Positions 23,406 through 32,000 are shown, counted from the first letter of the stretch. The stretch is DNA of 32,000 nucleotides from Candidatus Saccharimonadota bacterium (GCA_000503915.1 CP006915.1:630001-662000), one strand, 5' to 3'. Notes: a model not told the origin generated them from the letters alone. Program-made: numbers and translations.

Positions 23406-25598
23406 ATGCGTAAGTATCAGCTCGCTATCGTATCGAATCGCTTACCGGTGAATATAACTCGCGTCGGCGGGAAATTAGTATTTAATGCAAGTTCCGGTGG
23501 TCTAGCAACGGCCATGTCTTCGTTGCCAACTGAAGGGCGTATTTGGGTTGGCTGGCCAGGGATTGCCGCTGACGAGTTGACCGAAGCCGAAAAAGAAGAA
23601 ATCGCACTCGAACTTGCCAAGCACGGCTGTTATCCTGTCCATCTCACGAAATCACAGATCAAACTTTTTTATGAAGGCTACGCCAATGATACGCTTTGGC
23701 CGCTATTTCACTACTTTCAGTCGCTTGCTCAGCATGATGATGCCTATTGGGCGGCATACCAGGAAGTAAACCAGTTATATGCAGCGGCGATTGCTGAATG
23801 TGTGGAACCGTATGGATCGATCTGGATTCACGATTATCACTTGATGATGGCACCAGCGATGGTGCGTAGTCTCGTACCGTACGCTTCGATCGGCTTTTTT
23901 CTCCATATCCCCTTCCCTTCGTTTGAGCTTTATCGAGCGTTGCCACAACGCAAAGAAATCCTCGAAGGACTACTCGGTGCTGATCTGATCGGTTTCCATA
24001 TCTACGACTACGCTCGGCACTTCCTCAGTAGTTGCCTGCGACTTCTTGGGCTTAGCAGTCACCAGGGCTTGATCGATTATGACGGCCGGACGATCAAGAC
24101 GGACGCGTACCCGATCGGTATCGACTATGCCAAATTCCGCCAAGCCTTGACGCAATCCGATACGAAGCGAGCGATCAAATCACTCAAAGAGCATTATACG
24201 AGTCAGAAGCTCATCATTTCCGTTGATCGACTCGACTATACCAAGGGGATTCCCGAGCGACTTGAGGCTTTTCGTTTGCTGCTGGAAGAAAACCCCGAAT
24301 ATCACGGCAGAGTTAGTCTGCTGATGATTGCCGTGCCATCACGCACAGAAGTAAAGACCTACCAGCAGCTCAGAGCTCAGATCGAGCAGACCGTCAGCCG
24401 TATCAACGGCACCTACGGCACCGTGGACTGGGCGCCGATCTCGTATCAGTTTCAGAATTTGCCGTTTGAGGAAGTGGTGGCGCTGTATGCTATGGCCGAC
24501 ATTGCGCTTGTCACACCGACTCGTGATGGCATGAACCTCGTGGCAAAAGAATACATTGCCTCAAAACAGAAGATGCCGGGAGTACTCGTCTTGAGTGAAA
24601 TGGCTGGCGCCATTGATGAACTGCCGGAAGCGTTGGCGGTTAACCCAAATGACACCCATTCGATCACCACTGCTATTCGTCAGGCACTTCGCATGTCAAA
24701 GCGTGAACAGTCGCGCCGACTCGGCATTATGCAACGCCGGCTGAAGTCGTATACGGTGCAAACATGGGCACATGAGTTTATAGCTGATCTAGAATCTGCC
24801 GGAGGGAAACGAGAGGCGCGTCACAAAAAGCGGCTCACCGAAACGCAGCGTCTTGGACTCCTCGCGGGCTATTCTGATTCTCGTTCACGGCTAATTATTC
24901 TTGACTATGATGGTACCTTGAAAGATTTTGTTTCGTCACCATCGGCGCTGGCTGCCAAGCCGGCGCTCCGACTCCGCCGCATCATAAAACGTCTCAGTCA
25001 AGACCCAAGCAATACCGTGGCTATCGTCAGTGGCCGCCCGCGAAAGACGATGGATCGCTGGTTCAAAGGGCTTGATATCGTTCTGGCGGCAGAACACGGC
25101 GCCTGGACGCGCTACGACGGCAAATGGACGCACACCGACAGTGACTTCAAAGATATCAAGCAAAAAATCAAACCATTGCTGGAGAAATACGTTTCGCGTA
25201 CTGCCGGCGCCGAGGTGGAAGAAAAAGATTATGCCCTGGTTTGGCACTATCGGAATGTACCGCCCGAACTCGCCTATGTGCGGGCAACAGAGATTAAACG
25301 AGAGTTGATCGGGATGATCGACCGCGATGATATCGGCGTCTATAGTGGCGAGAAAATTATTGAGATTAAACCAGTCGAAGTCAACAAAGGCTACGTTGCT
25401 GCGGAGCTAGAAGCAATTTATCAGTCAGATTTTATCCTGTGCGCAGGCGATGACTATACCGATGAGGACATGTTCCGTGAGCTAAGTCCGGAAGCAAATA
25501 CAATAAAAGTTGGCCCTGGTTCGACCAAGGCCAAGTTTCAGATGCTGGGTGTCAGTTCAATGATCGATTTGCTCGACGAATTATCCCGCCTAAAATAA
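23406..25598 (+). CDS. otsA: Bifunctional trehalose-6-phosphate synthase (GT20, OtsA) / trehalose-6-phosphate phosphatase (HAD, OtsB) fusion
   Basis: N-terminus: IVSNRLP...SSGGLATA...WVGWPG...[15 protein letters not shown]...IWIHDYHLM...[14 protein letters not shown]...[15 protein letters not shown]-terminus: [10 protein letters not shown] (the DxDGT motif), VAIVSGRP and [10 protein letters not shown]. Confidence 0.9.
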   Translation: MRKYQLAIVSNRLPVNITRVGGKLVFNASSGGLATAMSSLPTEGRIWVGWPGIAADELTEAEKEEIALELAKHGCYPVHLTKSQIKLFYEGYANDTLWPLFHYFQSLAQHDDAYWAAYQEVNQLYAAAIAECVEPYGSIWIHDYHLMMAPAMVRSLVPYASIGFFLHIPFPSFELYRALPQRKEILEGLLGADLIGFHIYDYARHFLSSCLRLLGLSSHQGLIDYDGRTIKTDAYPIGIDYAKFRQALTQSDTKRAIKSLKEHYTSQKLIISVDRLDYTKGIPERLEAFRLLLEENPEYHGRVSLLMIAVPSRTEVKTYQQLRAQIEQTVSRINGTYGTVDWAPISYQFQNLPFEEVVALYAMADIALVTPTRDGMNLVAKEYIASKQKMPGVLVLSEMAGAIDELPEALAVNPNDTHSITTAIRQALRMSKREQSRRLGIMQRRLKSYTVQTWAHEFIADLESAGGKREARHKKRLTETQRLGLLAGYSDSRSRLIILDYDGTLKDFVSSPSALAAKPALRLRRIIKRLSQDPSNTVAIVSGRPRKTMDRWFKGLDIVLAAEHGAWTRYDGKWTHTDSDFKDIKQKIKPLLEKYVSRTAGAEVEEKDYALVWHYRNVPPELAYVRATEIKRELIGMIDRDDIGVYSGEKIIEIKPVEVNKGYVAAELEAIYQSDFILCAGDDYTDEDMFRELSPEANTIKVGPGSTKAKFQMLGVSSMIDLLDELSRLK

Positions 25599-25599
25599 A

Positions 25600-26025
25600 C
25601 TAGTCGGTAACTTCGACGCCCATTGAGCGAGCCGTGCCGGCAATTACCTTGATGCGACCATCTTCGTCAATCGCGTTGAGCTGATCCTTCTTTGCTTCAG
25701 CGATTTCAGCGAGCTGTGAGCGAGATATCTTACCGACTTTTTCAGAGTGCGGCTTGCCGCTTCCCTTTTTGAGGCCGATCTTTTCACGGATCATGTCATC
25801 GACTGGTTGGCCGAGGCTCTTCCAGCTGAAGCTACGATCTTCGTAGACTTTAACGTGGACGATAACATCCTTACCCATCAGGTCTTTTGTTGCTTCATTG
25901 AACGGGTTGATGAAATCCATCATATTAAGACCCCATTGACCGAGGATCGAACCAACAGGAGGACCAGCTGTCGCGCGGCCAGCCGGAATACGGAGCTTAA
26001 GATTGCCAATAATTTTCTTTGCCAT
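25600..26025 (-). CDS. rplK: 50S ribosomal protein L11
   Basis: IKLRIPAGRATAGPPVGSILGQWGLNMMDFINPFNEATKD...; 141 aa. Confidence 0.95.
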   Translation of the reverse strand: MAKKIIGNLKLRIPAGRATAGPPVGSILGQWGLNMMDFINPFNEATKDLMGKDVIVHVKVYEDRSFSWKSLGQPVDDMIREKIGLKKGSGKPHSEKVGKISRSQLAEIAEAKKDQLNAIDEDGRIKVIAGTARSMGVEVTD

Positions 26026-26097
26026 TATAAAATTCCTTGTAAGATTTACTGCTAGATTAGTGAAGCTATTTCGCAGTGCGTAACGTGATGTACTATA

Positions 26098-26385
26098 TCA
26101 TTCTGCTTGAGATAATTCAAGGGCTTCAAAGCGTGCTACCGCAGTAGCGGAATCAATTTCGCCAGTTTCCAATGCGGCAACAATACCGCGTTGCTCAGAG
26201 GACATGCCAGCCCAGTCCGACGGGATTGAAACACGTTCGCTCTGCAGTGAAAGCACATTCGAACCAAGCGTTCGCTGAGCGTCCATTCTCGCCTGTTGCT
26301 CTTTGGCAAACTGAAGGTCGCCATCCGTCCACCCGTCCATGTAGGTTCCCCTCGTTGCTCCGAATTCTGGTAATAAGTTCGACAT
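26098..26385 (-). CDS. Hypothetical acidic protein (95 aa)
   Basis: Strong SD, AGGAGGatatcATG. The ORF exactly fills the nusG-rplK gap. No family recognised. Confidence 0.6.
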   Translation of the reverse strand: MSNLLPEFGATRGTYMDGWTDGDLQFAKEQQARMDAQRTLGSNVLSLQSERVSIPSDWAGMSSEQRGIVAALETGEIDSATAVARFEALELSQAE

Positions 26386-26394
26386 GATATCCTC

Positions 26395-26940
26395 CTAAAC
26401 TTTCTTTACTTGCAATGCATCAAGCTCAACTGGCGTGTCGCGGCCAAACATGCTGACCATAACGCGGATTTTGCCTTTAACGGCGTCAATCTCAGAGATT
26501 GCGCCATCGAAGCCTTTGAATGGTCCGTCGGTAATAGAAACAACTTCGCCCTCAGTAAAGTCGATGTGGTGCTTTGGATCTTCGACACCCATGCGGCGTT
26601 TGATCTTGGTGATTTCGGCAGTAGAGACGGGCGTTGGTTCGGTACCGCTACCAACGAACCCGGTGACACCTGGGGTGTTGCGGACGATATACCATGTCTC
26701 GTCGGTCAGCTTCATCTCAACGAGCACGTAGCCTTGAAAGATCTTTGCTTCGACAACTTTTCGCTTACCGTTTTTGATCTGGATCTGCTTTTCCTTCGGT
26801 ACCATGACGTCGAAAATCTTGTCGGCCATGTCAACGGCGTTGATGCGCTGACGGATGCTGTCAGCTACTTTCTCCTCGTAGCCGCTGTAGGTGTGAATCG
26901 CGTACCATTGGCGGGTTGAATCATATCGGTTTGTTGCCAT
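26395..26940 (-). CDS. nusG: Transcription termination/antitermination factor NusG
   Basis: WYAIHTYSGYEEKV (NGN domain) and the C-terminal KOW GEVVSITDGPFKGFDGAISEID...GKIRVMVSMFGRDTPVELD. Confidence 0.95.
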   Translation of the reverse strand: MATNRYDSTRQWYAIHTYSGYEEKVADSIRQRINAVDMADKIFDVMVPKEKQIQIKNGKRKVVEAKIFQGYVLVEMKLTDETWYIVRNTPGVTGFVGSGTEPTPVSTAEITKIKRRMGVEDPKHHIDFTEGEVVSITDGPFKGFDGAISEIDAVKGKIRVMVSMFGRDTPVELDALQVKKV

Positions 26941-26955
26941 AAATCTTCTTGTCTC

Positions 26956-27219
26956 CTATTTCAAGATTTGTTCGAATAATAGTTTAAACACGGCGTCGAG
27001 CAACATAATGAAGACGACGAAAAAAGTAGAAAATAGTAGTACCGCACCGGTCAGACCCCATGTGGCACGACGAGTTGGCCAGTGAACTTGTCGCAGTTCT
27101 TCCCACGCCCCCTTAAAGTAATCTAAGGTAGCGCGCAGTGGACGACGCGGTCCAGAAGTCTTGACTTTGGCAATCTTGGCAGGCTTTGAGTCGGCCTGAG
27201 CGGGCTTGTTCATGGGCAT
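26956..27219 (-). CDS. secE: Preprotein translocase subunit SecE
   Basis: C-terminal FKGAWEELRQVHWPTRRATWGLTGAVLLFSTFFVVFIMLLDAVF is a typical SecE TM region, directly upstream of nusG. The start is uncertain: ATG 27219 is used here and GTG 27285 is possible. The TTG 27381 of the track ORF would leave only 8 nt to the divergent gene. Confidence 0.75.
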   Translation of the reverse strand: MPMNKPAQADSKPAKIAKVKTSGPRRPLRATLDYFKGAWEELRQVHWPTRRATWGLTGAVLLFSTFFVVFIMLLDAVFKLLFEQILK

Positions 27220-27311
27220 GCGTGCCTCGCTATCACTGGCCGTAATACGCGTAACCTTCGTGTCGGATGTCGTCTTTTTTGCCACCGTTTTCTTTCTCTC
27301 CCAATTTAAAT

Positions 27312-27330
27312 AGTCTGCTTGTAGCAGACT
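27312..27330. repeat. Perfect 19-bp palindrome AGTCTGCT-TGT-AGCAGACT in the secE/GT2 divergent region
   Basis: Read directly from the sequence: 8-bp arms and a 3-nt centre. No flanking T-tract, so it is not a terminator. Confidence 0.5.
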
Positions 27331-27389
27331 GTCAAGTTCAGTATAGCGGACTAAGGTAGAGCCGTCAAGGTAATGATACAATAGGACTA

Positions 27390-28535
27390 ATGATTACGTG
27401 GCTTCTGCTTCTCTATAGTGTCGTTGTTACCGGCTGGGTAAGCCAAAAGGTGCTGCGCCTGACCAGGCGTTATCGGTATGATGGTGCTGGAAAAAGTACC
27501 AGCGGAGCAAAGCTGCCTACGGTGTCGGTCTGCATCGCCGCGCGTAACGAAACGCACGCACTCGCCGAGAACCTGGAGTATGTACTCGCTAGTGACTACG
27601 ACAGGCTTGAAGTACTGGTGCTCGATGACAATTCGGATGACGACACCTCACTCATCATCAAGTCGTTCGCCCATGCTGGCGTTCGGTTTGTTCCTGGTCG
27701 GCCACTCCCGGCCGGTTGGCTGGGGCGCAACCATGCTTATGATACGCTCTCGCGTGAAGCGAGCGGCGACATTATCCTCTTTCTGGATGTTGATACCAAA
27801 CTTACACCACAGGCTATCTCACGATTAGTTGACTATCTCACCGTACACAAGCTGGAGATGCTCTCGGTGCAGCCGCGTCGCGAAGACAGCCTCCGCTTCA
27901 GTGCACTATTCGGCTCTCTCAGACAGGTGTGGGAGCTACTGATGGCTAGTGAGCAAGCGCCGCCGACAACCAGCGGATTATGGATGATACGGCGCGATAC
28001 CTTGCGTCACTACGACGCGTCACTTGCAGACTATGCCATGTCGTTACGTCCGGAGCTACACATTGCCCACCATTTGCAGTCGTCAAAAGCCTATCGCTAT
28101 ATCATTGCCACCAAGGAGCTCGGCATACGCTTTGAAAAGAAATGGCATTCGCAGGCAGAGACCGCCGAGCGACTCTACATGCCATTATTTGGCGAGACAG
28201 GCTGGGCGGTGCTTCGCACGCTGGCGCTGTTTACCGGACTGCTGGGGCCGTACTATTGCTTGCTTGACGGTCTTCTGTCGCGTCACTGGGAACAAGCAGG
28301 TTTGGCATTCGTCATCAGCCTGCTGGCTGGTTATATGAATGCTCGCATCGTCAGCCTGACGTACGAAGCGAGAGGTGCGGTCGTCCGCGCTATTATCTGG
28401 CCATTGCTACTCGTCCAAGATGCCTTCTTTTATGTACGAAGCTTATTACGCTACCGAACAAAAACGGTGATGTGGAAAGGGCGCAATATTTTTGCGCAGC
28501 CGCACAATCGTAGTCATTATGAAATCGACCAATAG
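27390..28535 (+). CDS. Family 2 glycosyltransferase with C-terminal TM segments
   Basis: VSVCIAARNE, VLVLDDNSDDDT (DxD region), ILFLDVDT and the Q/RxxRW-like WMIRRD. The hydrophobic C-terminal third resembles membrane GT2 enzymes. Confidence 0.8.
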   Translation: MITWLLLLYSVVVTGWVSQKVLRLTRRYRYDGAGKSTSGAKLPTVSVCIAARNETHALAENLEYVLASDYDRLEVLVLDDNSDDDTSLIIKSFAHAGVRFVPGRPLPAGWLGRNHAYDTLSREASGDIILFLDVDTKLTPQAISRLVDYLTVHKLEMLSVQPRREDSLRFSALFGSLRQVWELLMASEQAPPTTSGLWMIRRDTLRHYDASLADYAMSLRPELHIAHHLQSSKAYRYIIATKELGIRFEKKWHSQAETAERLYMPLFGETGWAVLRTLALFTGLLGPYYCLLDGLLSRHWEQAGLAFVISLLAGYMNARIVSLTYEARGAVVRAIIWPLLLVQDAFFYVRSLLRYRTKTVMWKGRNIFAQPHNRSHYEIDQ

Positions 28536-28537
28536 GA

Positions 28538-30160
28538 TTATTTCTTTGTAGCGGGTAGCGAGAAACTGAATGTTGAACCGTGGTTGAGGCGGCTCGTTAG
28601 CTCGATCTTAGTACCGATCTTTTTTGCCAGCTTTGTTGAAACATAGAGCCCTAGTCCGGTGCCACCAGTTTCTCGCGTCCGATAATCTTCAGAGCGATAA
28701 AACTTGTCGAATATCTTAGTCTGATCGCTTTTACTGATTCCGATGCCTGTATCCACGACGATGAAATGAATCTGACCGCCATGTTTCTGTATTCGTAGCG
28801 TGACCGATCCTTCACGGGTGTATTTTATCGAATTAGTAAGGAAATTCTGCAACAACTCCTGGAGGTAGAGACGACTGGTGGTGACTGACCCGAGGTGTGG
28901 ATCAAGCTCCAGGTTGAAGTGCAGCTTCGCTGCGACGGCCTGTGGTCCATACTCGCCATGCAGGCTACGAGCTAGTCCGGCAACGTCAATCTTTTCGACC
29001 TCACTGGCGATACCTCGTTCGGCGCGCGACAAGGTGCTGAGGTCATTGATCATTTTAGCGAGGTACATGACTTGGTCGTGCGCCTCGTCGATACTGGCTA
29101 TTAGTTTCTTCTGATCAACGCCCGTACGCTGCATCATCAGCTGAACATTGCTAATGGTTCCTTCTGCCACGGTTATTGGCGTGCGAAGCTCATGGCTGAC
29201 GACGCTAATAAACTCGTCACGCTCTTCCTCTAAGCTTTTTAGCCGCGTAATGTCACGGGCAATGACGATATAACCGTCACCGGTGCTTTTCGCCTCTTCA
29301 GTGGTGTAACCACTTCTGATCGGCGCGTAGGTCAGCTCAAGTCGCATGACATCCTCGCCGTAGTGTAGGCGAAGTGTATCATTGGTGACGACCGACTTCG
29401 CCTCCTTGAAGAGCTTGAAAGCATCGATTGCTTTGCCATCGCCATCGGTCGGTTTCAAGATATCGTTGATATGCTTGCCGCTGATATCCTGGTTGGTGTC
29501 CAGGAGCGCAAGGCCGGCGGCATTATATACTTGTACAATACCGTCGCCGTCGGTACTGTAGACGGCATCGGCTAGATTGTTGATGATCGTTAGGACTCGC
29601 TTTCGCTCTAAGTCGTGGCGTTGTCGACTTGCCTGCAATGCGGCATGCTCATTGGCTCGAAAAGAATTGATGGCGACGGCACCCACGCCAACAAGTATGG
29701 TAACGTTGACATTGAGGACAGCCAGTGTAAAATCCAGTAAAGGATAATGATAAAACGCCGTGTCAAGCAACGTGGCAAATAGTAACACACCGGCACTAAC
29801 AATGAAGCCGTTTATCGAATAGTAAAAATGCGTAATTAGGAGCAACAATATCCAGGCGATTACAACCGGCGAATCAAACCCGGTTACTAGGGTAAGGTAG
29901 AGGAGCATGAAGCAATGATAGATGATAAGTTGGACGGCCGTGGTTTCGCTGTGTGAAAACGGAGTCAGTATCCGATAGAACGCATAACCGATCCAAATGG
30001 TCATAAGAAACAGGAACCACCAGGCAGAGATAAAGTGAAAGTCCGGTACGAGGCCGGCCATCACCAAGACGCCGTAGCCAAGCAAAACAAGTGGCGCCAC
30101 AAGCGCGACGAGCTTTGCGTTACGCGACGTCTTTAGATCGAGAATCCCACCAGACTTCAT
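28538..30160 (-). CDS. Sensor histidine kinase: ~6 TM N-terminus, PAS, HisKA, HATPase_c
   Basis: H-box FISVVSHELRTPIT. N, G1 and G2 boxes LTNSIKYT, VVDTGIGI and GTGLGLYVSTKLAKKIG. PAS-like LADAVYSTDGDGIVQVYNAAG. No response regulator gene is adjacent. Confidence 0.85.
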   Translation of the reverse strand: MKSGGILDLKTSRNAKLVALVAPLVLLGYGVLVMAGLVPDFHFISAWWFLFLMTIWIGYAFYRILTPFSHSETTAVQLIIYHCFMLLYLTLVTGFDSPVVIAWILLLLITHFYYSINGFIVSAGVLLFATLLDTAFYHYPLLDFTLAVLNVNVTILVGVGAVAINSFRANEHAALQASRQRHDLERKRVLTIINNLADAVYSTDGDGIVQVYNAAGLALLDTNQDISGKHINDILKPTDGDGKAIDAFKLFKEAKSVVTNDTLRLHYGEDVMRLELTYAPIRSGYTTEEAKSTGDGYIVIARDITRLKSLEEERDEFISVVSHELRTPITVAEGTISNVQLMMQRTGVDQKKLIASIDEAHDQVMYLAKMINDLSTLSRAERGIASEVEKIDVAGLARSLHGEYGPQAVAAKLHFNLELDPHLGSVTTSRLYLQELLQNFLTNSIKYTREGSVTLRIQKHGGQIHFIVVDTGIGISKSDQTKIFDKFYRSEDYRTRETGGTGLGLYVSTKLAKKIGTKIELTSRLNHGSTFSFSLPATKK

Positions 30161-30180
30161 ATACCGTAGTATACCCTTTT

Positions 30181-30870
30181 TTAAACAGCCGGGCTATATT
30201 TCTTCATCTCGGCTCTAGAGGTTTTATAATTCGGACAGGCAGTCTCGACTAGCGACCAGAATGCTGATGAATGGTTCATCTCCTTGGTGTGAGCAAGCTC
30301 ATGGATGATAACGTAGTCGATCAGCTCAAACGGTACCTGCATGAGCGCGATATTCAAACTAATAGTGCCGGTCGTACTGCAGCTTCCCCAGCGCGTACCA
30401 GCATGACTGAAACGGAGCTGATTAAAACGGAAGCCGTATTGCTCGGCAAGATAACCAACACGTTTGGGCAAGTAGTGCTTCGCCTCTTTACGAAGTGCGG
30501 CAATTGAAGCCTTGCGTACCTCATCGGTAACCTCGCGTGTTTGAAGCGCCTGGTCGCTAGGCACGGAAAGCCACAACTCCTGCCCGCTTTTCTTGAGGCG
30601 CATCACATCGCTGGCTACTCGTATGCGGAGCCGGTGGCTTTTGCCGATTGGCAAGCCATCATATAATTCACGGTTTGGTCGGTTTTCGAGAAGACGTCGC
30701 AGCTCACGGCGGGATGTGGCGATCATTCGTTTGATACCGAAAAGTGGTACTAGTCTGGGTGCGGAGATGCGCAGTTGCCCATTCGGTGCAACGGTCACTT
30801 TCATCGATGCCCGTGACGACGTGCGGCGGATTATGATATCGCCGAACTCATCATCATGAACATGTGTCAT
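30181..30870 (-). CDS. DUF45/YgjP-like (M48-related, SprT/WLM-like) zinc metallopeptidase-fold protein
   Basis: C-terminal WGSCS...ISLN...LIDYVIIHELAHTKEMNHSSAFW (HExxH plus a downstream H) is the DUF45 signature. Confidence 0.75.
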   Translation of the reverse strand: MTHVHDDEFGDIIIRRTSSRASMKVTVAPNGQLRISAPRLVPLFGIKRMIATSRRELRRLLENRPNRELYDGLPIGKSHRLRIRVASDVMRLKKSGQELWLSVPSDQALQTREVTDEVRKASIAALRKEAKHYLPKRVGYLAEQYGFRFNQLRFSHAGTRWGSCSTTGTISLNIALMQVPFELIDYVIIHELAHTKEMNHSSAFWSLVETACPNYKTSRAEMKKYSPAV

Positions 30871-30871
30871 A

Positions 30872-31420
30872 TTAGCGTACGACGATCCGTCCGCGTATCG
30901 GTGCGCTGCTGTGTGCCGAAATCTCGGCGCGCGGGGCTGATAATTTTTTAAGAACTAGCTTGGCTTGTGAGGCATAGGTATGTTTTCCGCTAATGACCAG
31001 CGGTTGCTCGCTATGGTGAGGAGCAGAAAAACGCTCCGTTCTCTGGTCGAATTCTTGCGCGGTCATTTGGCGTGCCTTTAAGCTACGCTGCCTGGCCGTT
31101 GGCGCGTCCACCTGCACCCAGACGAACAACGGTATGTACCCGGCAGCACGCAGCGTTTTTGCCAGTAGTGTCCGCGCCTGGCGGGTGTCACTCTCGACCT
31201 CAAGAACGATTGACTGGTTGGTTTTTAACAGTTGGTGAAGGAAATGATCAGTCACTTCGGCGGCTTTTTTAGCGTCGTCGACATTCTTTTCGATATATGC
31301 CTGATCAAGGTACGGAGCATTGAAGGTCTCGGCGAACTTGTGTGCAAAGAAGGTTTTGCCGCTGCCAGGTATGCCGACCATCACGATAGCATGGGGAGAA
31401 GTTAAACTCAGCGATTTCAT
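30872..31420 (-). CDS. P-loop NTPase/kinase (AAA_33 / zeta-toxin-like fold)
   Basis: Walker A VMVGIPGSGKTFFA and a small ~180-aa kinase-like size. One nt separates it from the DUF45 gene. Confidence 0.6.
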   Translation of the reverse strand: MKSLSLTSPHAIVMVGIPGSGKTFFAHKFAETFNAPYLDQAYIEKNVDDAKKAAEVTDHFLHQLLKTNQSIVLEVESDTRQARTLLAKTLRAAGYIPLFVWVQVDAPTARQRSLKARQMTAQEFDQRTERFSAPHHSEQPLVISGKHTYASQAKLVLKKLSAPRAEISAHSSAPIRGRIVVR

Positions 31421-31446
31421 ATAGGTGATTATACCAACTTCTGGAG

Positions 31447-31911
31447 CTAACGGCTAGGCATGTCGGTATCTTGGCCGATTTCGAGCAAGGTTTTTATCAG
31501 TTCCTCACGCGATAAATGCGAGGTATCGATCTTGTTGTGCTGCGCTATGACATAGCCTTGGATGATCTGTTTGAGATAAATCGCGTCTTTGCGCCAAAAG
31601 TAGTCAATTTCATAGTGGTCGGTAGAGTTCATGACGCGACTGGAGACGATCAGCGAGCCAAATAGTGGCCCAGTGCTACACGAAACATTCAGTACGTCTT
31701 CGATACGAATACTGATAACATTGGACGACCAAAAGAATGTCCGCTTGGTGATTGTCACCTTGGTGCGATCGACCGTTACCGAGTCTGGGAACAGATTGAT
31801 CGGCAAGATAACCGTTTTAGCACCAGCCAGTAACTGATGCGAAGCCGCCACAATACTGCGCAGGCTCTCTCGCGGGTCGAGAGTTTTACCGTTATGATTC
31901 CTCTTCGGCAA
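31447..31911 (-). CDS. Hypothetical protein, bacterial PH-domain (bPH/DUF304)-like; the start may lie beyond the window
   Basis: VTVDRTKVTITKRTFFWSSNVISIRIEDVLNVSCSTGPLFGSLIVSS...YFWRKDAIYLKQII resembles bPH topology. The track start is a TTG, and the frame stays open to base 32000 (...KQDVSALHPDSLLFGQAARPKPVDNNGGE-). Confidence 0.4.
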   Translation of the reverse strand: MPKRNHNGKTLDPRESLRSIVAASHQLLAGAKTVILPINLFPDSVTVDRTKVTITKRTFFWSSNVISIRIEDVLNVSCSTGPLFGSLIVSSRVMNSTDHYEIDYFWRKDAIYLKQIIQGYVIAQHNKIDTSHLSREELIKTLLEIGQDTDMPSR

Positions 31912-32000
31912 CTCACCGCCATTATTATCGACTGGTTTTGGTCGGGCAGCTTGGCCAAACAGAAGACTGTCGGGATGGAGCGCGGAAACGTCTTGTTTGA

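Noticed and set aside
25596-25602. Convergent genes with stops 1-3 nt apart or overlapping (otsAB/rplK, perM/cysS at 4965-4968, GT2/HK at 28535-28538, orphan/tmk at 16770-16774).
   Set aside because: This is consistent with general genome compaction seen throughout the window. It is not evidence of a specific regulatory device.
26410-26919. Long antisense ORFs opposite real genes. Examples: 169 aa opposite nusG, 5583-6131 opposite cysS, 3074-3574 opposite the lipid kinase, 17789-18292 across dcd/folA, 22424-22984 across the DUF475 start, and 10691-11077 opposite dnaB.
   Set aside because: They are shadow frames of strongly supported genes. They have no SD sites, low-complexity or Arg/Ser-rich compositions, and no recognisable motifs.
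1-32000. A scan for CRISPR arrays, tandem or dispersed repeats, IS elements, integrases, tRNA or rRNA genes and known defence genes.
   Set aside because: I found no repeat-spacer periodicity, no recombinase or transposase-like ORF, no tRNA T-arm consensus (GGTTCGAATCC-like) in any intergenic gap, and no restriction, Cas, abortive-infection or toxin-antitoxin signatures. A by-eye scan can miss short or diverged elements.

Overview
Compact, gene-dense bacterial chromosomal segment. Many neighbouring genes overlap by 1-14 nt or sit 1-3 nt apart. Most genes are core housekeeping genes on the minus strand: cysS, a DHH/NrnA-like phosphoesterase, a NUDIX hydrolase, recR, ybaB, dnaB, dnaX, tdk, rplL, rplJ, tmk, dcd, folA, thyA, rplA, rplK, nusG and secE. 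The window also holds one HxlR regulator, one OmpR-type two-component pair, a second multi-TM PAS histidine kinase, a PAP2 phosphatase plus DAGK-like lipid kinase pair, an AI-2E transporter, an OtsA-OtsB fusion, a GT2 glycosyltransferase and several membrane proteins and hypotheticals. The protein style and tight packing suggest a reduced-genome, Gram-positive-like or CPR (Saccharibacteria-like) organism; this is inference only and no search was run. I saw no rRNA, tRNA, CRISPR array, integrase, transposase or recognisable defence gene. I cannot point to a clear-cut new multi-gene system. The least ordinary items are: (1) a fusion of a nucleoside-deoxyribosyltransferase/DNPH1-like domain to a MazG domain, translationally coupled to folA inside a thymidylate-synthesis gene neighbourhood; (2) a highly structured ~220-nt non-coding stretch between rplA and thyA that ends in a terminator-like hairpin; (3) break-up of the normally contiguous secE-nusG-rplKAJL cluster by three inserted blocks, with rplA carrying its own promoter, a structured leader and a ~90-aa N-terminal extension; (4) an unlisted 44-aa single-TM ORF with its own promoter, Shine-Dalgarno (SD) site and terminator; (5) several orphan proteins with near-consensus promoters; (6) phased direct repeats replacing a -35 box next to the OmpR-type regulator. 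All functional calls come from motif recognition by eye and need profile searches to confirm.
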